Source of the DNA: an uncultured Bacilli bacterium
GTDB taxonomy: Bacteria > Bacillota_I > Bacilli_A > RF39 > UBA660
NCBI GenBank assembly: GCA_934101425.1
Contig: CAKOQQ010000007.1
Location: forward strand, 7,338-71,337
DNA: 64,000 nucleotides
Direction of reading: 5' to 3'
In this document: positions 18,692-30,008 of the stretch, piece after piece
How positions within the stretch are numbered: position 1 is the first letter of the stretch
Layout of the letters: every line of letters begins with the position of its first letter
Program-made: the position numbers and the translations under genes
Notes under the pieces: model-generated
What the model saw: the letters and a program-made list of their open reading frames with translations, nothing else
What the model was told of the DNA's origin: nothing
Databases searched by the model: none

Positions 18692-20425
18692 ATGGAAAAA
18701 GAAAATAAAAGTATTAATGTAATGAACAAACTTATGGGGGTTCTGGTACTTGCCTCTTCAAGCGTGTATTTGGCTTATATAGTAAAAAATATGTATGATA
18801 AAGTAAATGGAATGTCACTTTTAATAGGTGCTCTTATACTAGAATTATTTAGTTTACTTTTCTTTCTAACTTCATTAGTTAAAAACAAAGTTAAAAATGC
18901 ACTTAATATATTTTCTTCTTTAGCTTTTATATCATTTATAACTTTTACAGTATTAGATTATAATGATATTATCAAAATAAAAAAAATGGATACTCTACCT
19001 AATTTTATAAATAAAAATATTGCAGATGTAGTAGTATATGCAGATGAAAAAAAATTAGATATTGATTATTCTTATGAATATAGTGACAACGTAGAAGAAG
19101 GAAAAATTATTAGTCAAGATGTTTTACCAGGTACTATACTTAAGAAAATAGATAAAGTATCATTTGTAGTATCAGGTGGCCCTAATTATGATAAAGAAAT
19201 TATTCTTACTAATTTTGAGGGGACTAAAATTGATGAATTAATTGATTTTATTAGCAAAAATTATCTAAATAATGTAAATATCGTTTATGAAATAAATAAT
19301 GAAATTGAAAGAGATATTATAATTAGTCAAAGCGTAAAAGGAAATACCAAAAGAAGCTCACTTATAACAGTAAAGGTTTCCTTAGGCAGTAAAGATTCAC
19401 TTAGTCCTATTAGTCTTGAAGATTTAAGAGACAAAAAATTATTTGACGCTACATTATATTTAAAAAGAAATGGAATATCTTATGAACTTAAATATGAATT
19501 TAGTGATACTATAAATAAAGATCATATAATAAGTACTGATCCTTCTAGTGGTGAAGTTACTCCTTTATCTAGCAAAGTAATTCTTACAGTATCCAAAGGA
19601 AAATCAATTACAGTACCTAATTTAAAAGATATGGAAATGAAAGATATAGTTTCATGGGCAAGTGAAAATAATGTTAAACTTAGTTTCAATGAAGAATATC
19701 ATAAAGATATAAAATTAGGTCAAATTATTAGTGTTAGTGAAAAAGAAAATAATATTATTGCTGAAGGAACTAATATTACAATTACTACTTCAAAAGGCCC
19801 ATTAAGACTTATAAACACTCATAATCTAGCAGAATTTAAAACTTGGGCTGATAAATATAAAGTTGATTATTCAATTAAATATGAATATAGTGATACCGTA
19901 TCTAAAGGTACTATTATAAAATACTCTATTGAAATTGATTCAATTATAGATTTCGATAATAGCATAACAGTTACCGTATCTAATGGTAAATCAATTACAG
20001 TACCTAATTTTGTTGGTATGTCAAAATATAATATAACTACTACTTGTAAAAATTTAGGATTAAATTGTACATTCTATTATACAGGTTACTCATCTACAGC
20101 AAAAGATATTGCAAAAAGTCAAAATGTAAGAGCAAAAACAGTTGTTATGAGTGGAACTTATGTTAGTATTGGTCTAAGTAGTGGCCCTGCTAAAACTTAT
20201 AATGTTTATATACAATCAGAATGGTATGGTAGAACTGCTGATGCAACAATTAGTACATTAAGAAGCAAATTAACAAGTTTATGTCCTGGAGTAACATTTA
20301 AGTTTGAAAAAAGAAGTTCTAATACTGGTGCTAGTGCTGGTTATATACATGAATCATCTCCTACTAGAGGCGGTCAAAATTCATTTACTCAAGGTAAAAC
20401 TTATACATTCTATATTATAAATTAA
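18692..20425 (+). CDS. membrane-anchored protein with six PASTA repeats and unknown C-terminal domain (no kinase or PBP domain)
   Basis: N-terminal TM segments then about 65-aa repeats of the PASTA pattern (EYSDxVxxGxIISQ....G....V.VSxG) repeated six times. Confidence 0.75.
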   Translation: MEKENKSINVMNKLMGVLVLASSSVYLAYIVKNMYDKVNGMSLLIGALILELFSLLFFLTSLVKNKVKNALNIFSSLAFISFITFTVLDYNDIIKIKKMDTLPNFINKNIADVVVYADEKKLDIDYSYEYSDNVEEGKIISQDVLPGTILKKIDKVSFVVSGGPNYDKEIILTNFEGTKIDELIDFISKNYLNNVNIVYEINNEIERDIIISQSVKGNTKRSSLITVKVSLGSKDSLSPISLEDLRDKKLFDATLYLKRNGISYELKYEFSDTINKDHIISTDPSSGEVTPLSSKVILTVSKGKSITVPNLKDMEMKDIVSWASENNVKLSFNEEYHKDIKLGQIISVSEKENNIIAEGTNITITTSKGPLRLINTHNLAEFKTWADKYKVDYSIKYEYSDTVSKGTIIKYSIEIDSIIDFDNSITVTVSNGKSITVPNFVGMSKYNITTTCKNLGLNCTFYYTGYSSTAKDIAKSQNVRAKTVVMSGTYVSIGLSSGPAKTYNVYIQSEWYGRTADATISTLRSKLTSLCPGVTFKFEKRSSNTGASAGYIHESSPTRGGQNSFTQGKTYTFYIIN

Positions 20426-20457
20426 AAAAATCACACTTTTGTGTGATTTTTATTTTG
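20424..20457. terminator. bidirectional terminator
   Basis: AAAATCACACtttGTGTGATTTTT hairpin. Confidence 0.55.
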
Positions 20458-20926
20458 CTAATTCTAGTGCTTTTTCTACAGCTTTAATATATGTATCAGC
20501 TGTAATAGTTACACCACTAACTGAATCTAGTTTAGTTTTTTCTGCATCAGACCATTTTACCCAATCTAAGTTTTGTTCTTCAACAATTTTCTTTTCAATT
20601 ACTTCTACTTGTTCATACCATTCAGCGCCATTTGGAATAACTCCTATATTTTTTGAAGTTTCTTTCATTCCATATGCATCTTTAAGTGTTTTTTTAGTAG
20701 TTGAAACATTATCTTTATTGTATGTTGAATCAATAAATACAGATTTAATTAAACCATTTTCGTCTACATATACAGTAGCTGTAGTAACATATTTAGCTCC
20801 ATATGATTCATATTCAACTGAACCAAAGTATGTTCCTTCTTTATATTCACCTTTATTTACTTTTTCGCATCCTGCTAAAGTAAATAATCCTACTAATGCT
20901 ACAAAACTTAATAATATCTTCTTCAT
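20450..20926 (-). CDS. FMN-binding-domain lipoprotein (probable ApbE flavinylation substrate)
   Basis: Lipobox LAGC. C-terminal FMN_bind-like VSGVTITADTYIKAVEKAL. The antisense 172-aa ORF on the plus strand is spurious. Confidence 0.7.
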   Translation of the reverse strand: MKKILLSFVALVGLFTLAGCEKVNKGEYKEGTYFGSVEYESYGAKYVTTATVYVDENGLIKSVFIDSTYNKDNVSTTKKTLKDAYGMKETSKNIGVIPNGAEWYEQVEVIEKKIVEEQNLDWVKWSDAEKTKLDSVSGVTITADTYIKAVEKALELAK

Positions 20927-20957
20927 AAATCCTCCTCTATTTTTAATTATATATTAA

Positions 20958-21461
20958 TTATTTATTCAAGTCAATTTCAATATAGCGAATAAGTTCTTTA
21001 CTTATAATCCCCACTATTATTCCTGTTGGAATAGAAAAAAGAAGTAGAATTGGTAAGTAATAAATCATTTTTGTATTTATTATTATAAATGAAATCAATA
21101 TTTGTCCTAGTGAATGAGTGATAGAACCAATTATGCTTACTCCTATTATAGAAAATGTTTTTATTTTACTTACCAAATACATAACTACAATACTAAGTAG
21201 TGATCCTGATAAACTAAAGAAAAATGGAATACTGAATAATCCTGTTCTAAGTATGCCTACTAAAAATACTCTTAAAATAGACAAATATAAGGCGTCTTTA
21301 AAGCCATATACGTATAAAACAGTAAGCGTAATAGTATTTGCAAGTCCTAGTTTTAATCCTGGTATATAACCATTAAAAAGAGGTATAAAGCTCTCTATAA
21401 TATTTAATACAACAGCTAAAGCTAAAAACATAGATAATCTTATAAATTTTTTTGTTTCCAT
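20958..21461 (-). CDS. Gx transporter family membrane protein (heptaprenyl diphosphate synthase component I, PF07456-like)
   Basis: 167 aa, 5 TM, N-terminus ...LALAVVLNIIESFIP...PGLKLGLANTITL typical of the family. Confidence 0.65.
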   Translation of the reverse strand: METKKFIRLSMFLALAVVLNIIESFIPLFNGYIPGLKLGLANTITLTVLYVYGFKDALYLSILRVFLVGILRTGLFSIPFFFSLSGSLLSIVVMYLVSKIKTFSIIGVSIIGSITHSLGQILISFIIINTKMIYYLPILLLFSIPTGIIVGIISKELIRYIEIDLNK

Positions 21462-21464
21462 AAA

Positions 21465-21813
21465 TCACCTTACAACTGTATCATAGTAATTATCATCATC
21501 TATAGTTATAACTACCTTATTTGGTAAACAGACTATAGTTTCATATGATTTGCTTATATAGCCTTGATTACTACATATATGTTTATCACTATTTTCTTCT
21601 ACTACTCTAATTTTTTTATCTTTAACTTCTATATTAATGTTACCATTATATCCTTCTACATTATATGTTTTATCTTCACTTAAATCAATTTCTAATACAA
21701 TTTTATTATCATAATAAACATAAGCTTTTTTGCTATTTTTGTTAAATAAATTAAATATAAGCAATAAGATAATTACAATAAAAATAGTAATTATTATTAA
21801 TTTTATATCATTT

Positions 21814-21821
<8 letters not shown>
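21465..21821 (-). CDS. NusG domain II-containing protein (PF07009)
   Basis: 118 aa with N-terminal TM and C..QG.I....CLPN.V.I pattern. Confidence 0.6.
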
Positions 21822-23870
<2,049 letters not shown>

Positions 23871-23931
23871 TCACATCCTAACTAATTATACCTTAAAATA
23901 AATATAAAAACAAATAAAAAAAGGAAAATTA

Positions 23932-24483
23932 TTATTTTCCTTTTTTAGCTTGTGGATGAGTACCAATTGTTTTTTGTTTACCAACTTCTTTTGTTTCTTC
24001 TTTAACATTTTCTTTAACGATAGAAGTGATAACTCCTTTAAATACTCCAGCAGGTGCTAAATATTCAAATACTTCATTTTCTTTTTTACCATAAACAGCT
24101 TTTCCTATAGGTGAAGAAATTGATATTTGTTTATATTCAGCATCAAAGTTAGGATTAGTTTGAACTAATACATAATTATCTTCCATTACTTTACCATCTA
24201 CACTTAAAGCAGCACTAAATTTAGTACCAATATCAACTTTTTCTGAATCATATACTGGTTCTACAGCACGAGATAAGATATCTCTATGTTCTTGAATTGA
24301 TTTTTCGATTGCATATAATGTTTCTCTAGCGTGTACAACTGTTGTAGATACTGAATCACCACTACCCACTTTGAATCCTTTGATTTCTTCTGCTAAACTT
24401 TCTGATAAACTTGCTCTACTAACTTCTAAAGCAGCTAATCTAGCTTCCATTGATTTTCTTTGTTCTTTTGTTAAATATTCCAT
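23932..24483 (-). CDS. greA: transcription elongation factor GreA with ~25-aa Lys-rich C-terminal tail
   Basis: Starts MEYLTKEQRKSMEARL after a GGGGGA RBS (the track ORF is extended upstream). C-terminal FKBP-like SSPIGKAVYGKK. Confidence 0.8.
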   Translation of the reverse strand: MEYLTKEQRKSMEARLAALEVSRASLSESLAEEIKGFKVGSGDSVSTTVVHARETLYAIEKSIQEHRDILSRAVEPVYDSEKVDIGTKFSAALSVDGKVMEDNYVLVQTNPNFDAEYKQISISSPIGKAVYGKKENEVFEYLAPAGVFKGVITSIVKENVKEETKEVGKQKTIGTHPQAKKGK

Positions 24484-24517
24484 AATTTTTCCCCCTTTAC
24501 CCCTCTTGGTACCACAT

Positions 24518-24546
24518 ATACTAACACAAAAATATGTATTTGTCAA
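24518..24546 (-). promoter_or_regulatory. sigma-A promoter for greA (TTGACA-17-TGtTAGTAT)
   Basis: The -35 overlaps the stop codon of the upstream gene. Confidence 0.45.
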
Positions 24547-25421
24547 ATCATTTTTTTAATAAATGCTTGTTTTTCCTTAGAATAACCTAAATAATGCTCT
24601 TTTAAATATTTAGGTATAGCAATTGGATAATTATCTTCTACCATATTTAAAAATGATTCCATATCAAAATCTATTAATCTTTTAAAAGTTTCATAAAATT
24701 TAGGATAATCATAAAATAGCTTTCTTGCTTCTCTTGATGGAAATGTTATATTTAAAAAAGCACTACCGAATTTTTGTTCTTTTTTTCTTTCATTTTCTTT
24801 ATAATAAAATGTATATAGTCTTGCAATATCATCAAATTTAGCGCATACACTTTTTCTACCTATATCCATCGAAAGTGAATAATCAAACATTGGTGCTAAT
24901 GATAAACTATTTTTATCTTTTATAAATAATAAATTTTCATTTACTCTGTCTATTTGATTCATATAAAAATCTATAGCTGTAGAAATAAGTAAGCTAGTTA
25001 TAAAATTATAGTAATCTTTTTCTTCTTTAAAATATTCTCTTGCAGTAACAATATTAGATAGTCCTTGATCATATACTGGCAATTTAAGATCATATGTAGT
25101 AGTATATGTTTTACCTTGCAATTTAAAATTTTTTGATATAAGACCATAAGAAGTATATCTACCATTAAAGTAACTAGCTACTTTAAATTTAGCTGTAGGA
25201 ATACCATTACTTTCTGCTAAGAAACTCCCTAATATTTCATTTATAAATCTCTCTAATTTATCCATAGCTTTAAAATAATACCATTCATCACCTATTTTAA
25301 ACCAATTTGGTTTATGAAGAATATCATATGGACTAGTATTAATTTCTTTTGATAATGTATCTATATCATAATCTGTTTTTTCAAGCTCAATCACAGGAGT
25401 TTTAAAACTAACTATATACAT
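24543..25421 (-). CDS. hypothetical protein (292 aa), no confident family
   Basis: AGGTGA RBS. Contains LAPMFDYS, a faint HipA_C-like hint only. Confidence 0.6.
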   Translation of the reverse strand: MYIVSFKTPVIELEKTDYDIDTLSKEINTSPYDILHKPNWFKIGDEWYYFKAMDKLERFINEILGSFLAESNGIPTAKFKVASYFNGRYTSYGLISKNFKLQGKTYTTTYDLKLPVYDQGLSNIVTAREYFKEEKDYYNFITSLLISTAIDFYMNQIDRVNENLLFIKDKNSLSLAPMFDYSLSMDIGRKSVCAKFDDIARLYTFYYKENERKKEQKFGSAFLNITFPSREARKLFYDYPKFYETFKRLIDFDMESFLNMVEDNYPIAIPKYLKEHYLGYSKEKQAFIKKMI

Positions 25422-25467
25422 ATAATCACCTATTAGTTAATTATATTAACATAAAAAAATACCATTT

Positions 25468-26754
25468 TCAACTTAAAAATGGTATTACTTCATCTAAATT
25501 TATTCCTCTAGATCCTTTTACTAAAATCATCTTATTTTTATATTTATGACTTTTTAAATAATTTATTAATTCTTTATAATTACAAAAATGTTCACCTTTA
25601 ATATACTTAGAATAATTACCAACTGTAATTACTTCTAAATCATTTATTTTACTTAATTCATTATTTATTTTTTTATGTATTTTTTTACTATATTTACCAA
25701 GTTCTAAAATATCGCCTAATATAAATACTTTATTTTTATAATTTTTAATTATATCTACTATTCCCATAAGTGATTCATAACTAGAATTATAAGTATCATT
25801 TATAACTATATTTTTACCTCTTATTATTTCTAACCTATTATTTTTACTTGTAAAATTAGTTAATACGTCTTTAATATCATTTATTTTTATATTATTTAAT
25901 ATACCTATTTTAATTGCAATTAAGAAATTAGGTATTAGGTGTTTATATGGTCCATTTAATATAAATTCTTCTACATTTCCATTTATTCTAACTTTAAATA
26001 TAGTTTTATCTATATCACTTTTTATGCCAAAAGGAATTAATTCATCACTACCAATTTTATCTATATTTTTATATTTTAATTTATTTAAATATTTATTTTT
26101 GCCGTTAACTATCAATCTTTTATTATTTAAACCATCTAATATTTCTAATTTAGCTTTTAATATGTTTTTAATACTACCTAAATTACCAATATGAGAACTA
26201 GATATATTAGTAATTATTCCAATATCTGGATTTAGTAATTTAGATAATTTAGATATTTCCCCTTTATGATTCATACCTAATTCAACTACTAAAAAGTCAT
26301 ATGTTTTATCAAGATTAAATATTGTTAAAGGAATTCCTATATGATTATTATAATTTTTTTCACTCTTTAATACTTTATACTTTTTACTTAATATCTCATA
26401 TATTAAATTCTTTGTAGTTGTTTTACCAATACTGCCTGTTACAGCTATTATATTCAAAGGATTAGTATTTAAGATATGTTTAGATAGTTTAAATAAGCTA
26501 TCATAAGTATCTTTAACTTTAATAACTACAATATCATTAGATTTTACATCTTCATCAGTTATAATAGCTTTTGCTTTATTTTTAATACTCTCTAAAATAT
26601 AATCATTACCATTTTTATATTTTCCTTTTAAACATATGAAAATATCATCTTTCTTTACTTCTCTAGAATTTATTCTTATTTTTTTAATTTTAGAGTCTTT
26701 ATAGTTTCTTTCTACTGTTCCATTAACAATATTTACTATTTCGCTTATTAGCAT
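25468..26754 (-). CDS. murF: UDP-N-acetylmuramoyl-tripeptide--D-alanyl-D-alanine ligase MurF
   Basis: 428 aa with P-loop TGSIGKTTTKNLI and Mur ligase domain order. Confidence 0.85.
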   Translation of the reverse strand: MLISEIVNIVNGTVERNYKDSKIKKIRINSREVKKDDIFICLKGKYKNGNDYILESIKNKAKAIITDEDVKSNDIVVIKVKDTYDSLFKLSKHILNTNPLNIIAVTGSIGKTTTKNLIYEILSKKYKVLKSEKNYNNHIGIPLTIFNLDKTYDFLVVELGMNHKGEISKLSKLLNPDIGIITNISSSHIGNLGSIKNILKAKLEILDGLNNKRLIVNGKNKYLNKLKYKNIDKIGSDELIPFGIKSDIDKTIFKVRINGNVEEFILNGPYKHLIPNFLIAIKIGILNNIKINDIKDVLTNFTSKNNRLEIIRGKNIVINDTYNSSYESLMGIVDIIKNYKNKVFILGDILELGKYSKKIHKKINNELSKINDLEVITVGNYSKYIKGEHFCNYKELINYLKSHKYKNKMILVKGSRGINLDEVIPFLS

Positions 26755-26796
26755 AATATCACCACTAAATATTATGCTAATATAAGAAAAAAATGA

Positions 26797-27021
26797 CTAC
26801 ATATATTTAGTCATTGCTTTCATTGTTTGATTAACTTGTTTTTGACTTGGTGTTCTTCCCATGCTAGATAGCATAGCTCTTATCATTTGTTCATTTATAG
26901 GCGGATTTTTTTGCATATATTTTTGTAAATAATGACGTGCTAAGAAAAATCCGATTACAGCACCAACTAATAAACATACTATTGCTAGTATTAATTCTCC
27001 AAAGAATCCCACTGTTATCAT
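26797..27021 (-). CDS. yneF: UPF0154 family small membrane protein (YneF-like)
   Basis: 74 aa, single N-terminal TM. Sits downstream of tkt as in Bacillus. Confidence 0.65.
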   Translation of the reverse strand: MITVGFFGELILAIVCLLVGAVIGFFLARHYLQKYMQKNPPINEQMIRAMLSSMGRTPSQKQVNQTMKAMTKYM

Positions 27022-27074
27022 TCCTCTCTATAAATATTTTACTAAATTTTAATTAAAAATACAACAAAAAAGGA

Positions 27075-29054
27075 TTATTTATACATATTAATAATCCTTT
27101 TCTTAATGCTTTCTTTATCAAAATTCATATATTTAAGTACATCTTCGGTTTTCCCACTTTTACCAAAACTATCTAAAGTTATTAAATAGTCACTATTATA
27201 TACAAATTTGCCCCAACCAAAACTTGATCCCGCTTCTATTACAAAAGTTTTATATCCTTCTGGTATTAAAGCTTTTTGGTATTCAACACTTTCTTTATCA
27301 AACAATTCCATGCATGGCATACTAACAACTCTTAAATCAAGTTTATAAGCACTATATAATTCTTCAGCTATTTCTAAAGCTGTATTAACCTCAGTTCCCG
27401 TAGCAATTATAGTACCATGAAGTTTTACTGCTTCTTTTCTTACTAAGTAAGCTCCTCTACTAACTTCTTTAGGATTAGATGTTGGAATAAGTTTAGTATT
27501 TACTCTTGATAATATAAGAGCAGATGGAGCAGTGCCATTAAGTATTTGATGCCATGAACCGATAAGTTCTTTAGCGTCAGCTGGTCTATAAACATTTAAA
27601 TTTGGTATGCTTCGAAGAGCTGCTAACTGTTCAATAGGTTCATGTGTTGGTCCATCTTCACCAACATTAATTGAATCATGTGTAAATATATAGGTAACGG
27701 GAATATTCATAAGAGCACTTAACCTAATTGATGGCTTCATATAATCAGAAAAACTTAAGAAAGTTGAACCAAAAGGTCTTAAATTTGATAAAGCAATACC
27801 ATTCATTATAGCTGCCATACCATGTTCTCTTACACCATACCATATATTTTTACCATTGTAGTTATCTCTCGTTATATCTTTATATTGTTCTAAATTAGTT
27901 TTTGTAGAACTTGCTAAATCAGCACTTCCACCAATCATTAAATCAGGTACTAACTCTACTAATTCATTTAATATTCTGCCATTAGTAACTCTAGTAGCTT
28001 CGAATAAATCTTCTTTTAAGTGAAAATCGCGACTTAAAACATCAACACTTATATTTTTACTAATTAAATATTTAAGTTTATCATAATCTCCGCCAAAAGT
28101 GTTTGATACATATTCACGGTAATTTCTAGCCCATAATTCATATTTTTTCATACTTCTTGAAAAAAGTTCTTTAGTAAAATATTCTTTAGCTTCATTATCA
28201 ACATAAAATTTATCTTCAGGATAATTAAACTTTAATTTAATTGATTCTAAGTCATGTTCTTCTAATTTAGCACCATGAACTTTATTAGTTCCTTCTAAGT
28301 ATGAACCTTCACCTATTATTGTTTTTACTTCTATGATAGCTGGTTTACCAGACTTAGAAGCTTTATCTATAGCTTTAGATATATCATCAACTTTATTAAA
28401 TTTGGCTAATTCATAATGCCAATTCATGGCTTCAAATCTTTCTTTTATATTTTCAGTATTACTATTTTTTAGTTCACCATCTAAAGTAATACCATTAGAA
28501 TCATATAAAACTATTAAATTATCTAATTTCAAATTACCGGCTAATGAACAAGCTTCATAACTTACACCCTCCATTAAGTCACCATCACCTACAAGTGTAT
28601 ATACTTTGTAGTTTACAAGTGGTGTAGTATATTTGCCATTATCTATTTTATATCTGTTTTCTAAAACTTTTTCACTAATTGCCATACCAACAGATGTAGC
28701 AATTCCTTGTCCAAGTGGACCAGTAGTACATTCAACCCCTGGAGTAACTCCATATTCAGGATGACCTGGAGTTTTAGAATTTAATGTTCTAAATTTTTTT
28801 AAATCATCTAGTGATATATTATATCCTGCCATATACATAGTCGCATATAATAAAGCAGAACCATGACCAGCGGATAATACAAACCTATCTCTATTAACCC
28901 AGTTATCATCTTTTACACTATAATTAAGATATTTACTAAATATAGTATATATAATTGATGTTGCTCCTAAAGCTATTCCTGGATGACCAGAAGAAGCTTC
29001 GTTAATCATATCAATTGATAAACTCTTTATATTATTTATTATTCTATCGTTCAT
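27075..29054 (-). CDS. tkt: transketolase
   Basis: 659 aa with TPP-binding GDGDLMEG motif and the HD/PTHEPIEQ region. Confidence 0.95.
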   Translation of the reverse strand: MNDRIINNIKSLSIDMINEASSGHPGIALGATSIIYTIFSKYLNYSVKDDNWVNRDRFVLSAGHGSALLYATMYMAGYNISLDDLKKFRTLNSKTPGHPEYGVTPGVECTTGPLGQGIATSVGMAISEKVLENRYKIDNGKYTTPLVNYKVYTLVGDGDLMEGVSYEACSLAGNLKLDNLIVLYDSNGITLDGELKNSNTENIKERFEAMNWHYELAKFNKVDDISKAIDKASKSGKPAIIEVKTIIGEGSYLEGTNKVHGAKLEEHDLESIKLKFNYPEDKFYVDNEAKEYFTKELFSRSMKKYELWARNYREYVSNTFGGDYDKLKYLISKNISVDVLSRDFHLKEDLFEATRVTNGRILNELVELVPDLMIGGSADLASSTKTNLEQYKDITRDNYNGKNIWYGVREHGMAAIMNGIALSNLRPFGSTFLSFSDYMKPSIRLSALMNIPVTYIFTHDSINVGEDGPTHEPIEQLAALRSIPNLNVYRPADAKELIGSWHQILNGTAPSALILSRVNTKLIPTSNPKEVSRGAYLVRKEAVKLHGTIIATGTEVNTALEIAEELYSAYKLDLRVVSMPCMELFDKESVEYQKALIPEGYKTFVIEAGSSFGWGKFVYNSDYLITLDSFGKSGKTEDVLKYMNFDKESIKKRIINMYK

Positions 29055-29105
29055 ATCACACCTCTACTATGATAATTATATCATAAAAAGTTGTAATTAA
29101 ATATT

Positions 29106-29243
29106 TTATTTTTCGACATAAATTATATTATTATCAATTTCTTGTTTCATAGCTTCTTTATCTCTTAAGCCTACCATGTAAGTTAAAGTTCCTACAAATA
29201 CCATAAATAATAATAAAATGTGTTCTTCCATAAATTTTTTCAT
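29106..29243 (-). CDS. small (45 aa) single-TM protein divergent from lexA: candidate SOS-induced cell-division inhibitor (YneA/SosA-type position)
   Basis: AAGGAGA RBS then MKKFMEEHILLLFMVFVGTLTYMVGL. Own sigma-A promoter (TTGACA-17-TAATAT, 29266-29294) with Cheo-like CGAACAAGTGTATG in the spacer. The track ORF extended upstream is unlikely. Confidence 0.4.
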   Translation of the reverse strand: MKKFMEEHILLLFMVFVGTLTYMVGLRDKEAMKQEIDNNIIYVEK

Positions 29244-29265
29244 TCTAACATCTCCTTGCAAATTA

Positions 29266-29343
29266 ATATTAACACGAACAAGTGTATGTGTCAATACATT
29301 TTACAAACAAATGTTTGACAACTTTACATATGTATGCTAAAAT
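29266..29343. promoter_or_regulatory. divergent SOS regulatory region: back-to-back promoters with LexA (Cheo)-box-like palindromes
   Basis: CAAACAAATGTTTG (29304-29317, 11/14 to CGAACATATGTTCG) overlaps the lexA -35 TTGACA (29315-20). Perfect palindrome TACATATGTA (29325-34) lies in the lexA spacer, and -10 TAAAAT at 29338-43. CGAACAAGTGTATG (29275-88) lies in the spacer of the divergent promoter. Confidence 0.5.
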
Positions 29344-29368
29344 GTATTTGTAAGATTAAGGAGGATAT

Positions 29369-29986
29369 ATGGAACAACTAACAAAAAGACAAAGTGATAC
29401 ACTTAAGTTTGTAAAAGAATATATAGTTAGTCATGGTTACCCACCTACTGTAAGAGAAATTGGAAAAGCTATAAATGTTTCATCCCCAGCTACTGTACAA
29501 GCACATTTAAATCATTTAGCAAATAAAGGATATATTAGAAAAGAAAATACAAAAAATAGAACAATTGAATTATTAGTAGAAAATGAATATGTAGATAAAA
29601 ATGAACTAGTTGTTGATGTACCTTTACTTGGTAAAGTTACTGCTGGAAGCCCTATAGAAGCTATTGAAACACCAAACGAATTCTTTTCATTACCAGCGTA
29701 TTTAATACCTAAAAACAAAGAAGTATTTACACTACATGTAAGTGGAGAAAGTATGATTAATGCTGGTATATTAGATGATGATATTGTTATTCTAGAACGC
29801 AGAAATGACGCTAGAAATGGTGATATCGTAGTTGCTATGACAGATGAAAATGAAGTTACTTTAAAAAGATTTTATAAAGAAAATGGTTATATAAGATTAC
29901 AACCTGAAAATGATTTTATGGATCCAATTATACTACCTAACGTAACTATATTAGGGAAAGCCATAGGATTATATAGAAAAATATAA
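29369..29986 (+). CDS. lexA: LexA repressor
   Basis: 205 aa with N-terminal wHTH and C-terminal S24 peptidase (GESM Ser, catalytic Lys in VVAMTDENEVTLKRF). Confidence 0.9.
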   Translation: MEQLTKRQSDTLKFVKEYIVSHGYPPTVREIGKAINVSSPATVQAHLNHLANKGYIRKENTKNRTIELLVENEYVDKNELVVDVPLLGKVTAGSPIEAIETPNEFFSLPAYLIPKNKEVFTLHVSGESMINAGILDDDIVILERRNDARNGDIVVAMTDENEVTLKRFYKENGYIRLQPENDFMDPIILPNVTILGKAIGLYRKI

Positions 29987-30008
29987 AGAGTCTAATTTAG
30001 ACTCTTTA
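29986..30008. terminator. bidirectional terminator
   Basis: AAAGAGTCTAAtttAGACTCTTT hairpin. Confidence 0.55.

Noticed and set aside
20439-20957. 172-aa plus-strand ORF from the track
   Set aside because: It lies exactly antisense to the minus-strand lipoprotein gene, which has a signal peptide, lipobox, RBS and FMN_bind motif. The plus ORF has low-complexity Ser/Phe-rich composition and no RBS, so it is a shadow ORF.
23932-24546. Track N-terminal extensions of greA (204 aa), the lipoprotein at 54696, the GLUG protein at 52922, rplL at 63302 and the amidase at 6331
   Set aside because: In each case an internal ATG preceded by a strong AGGTGA/GGAGG SD at correct spacing gives a protein with the canonical N-terminus. 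The upstream extensions lack SD sites, and in several cases the track start is a GTG.
29106-29294. Full 62-aa track ORF upstream of lexA
   Set aside because: The first 17 codons lack an SD and run through the promoter/operator region. The internal ATG at 29243 has a perfect AAGGAGA SD, so the 45-aa form is preferred.
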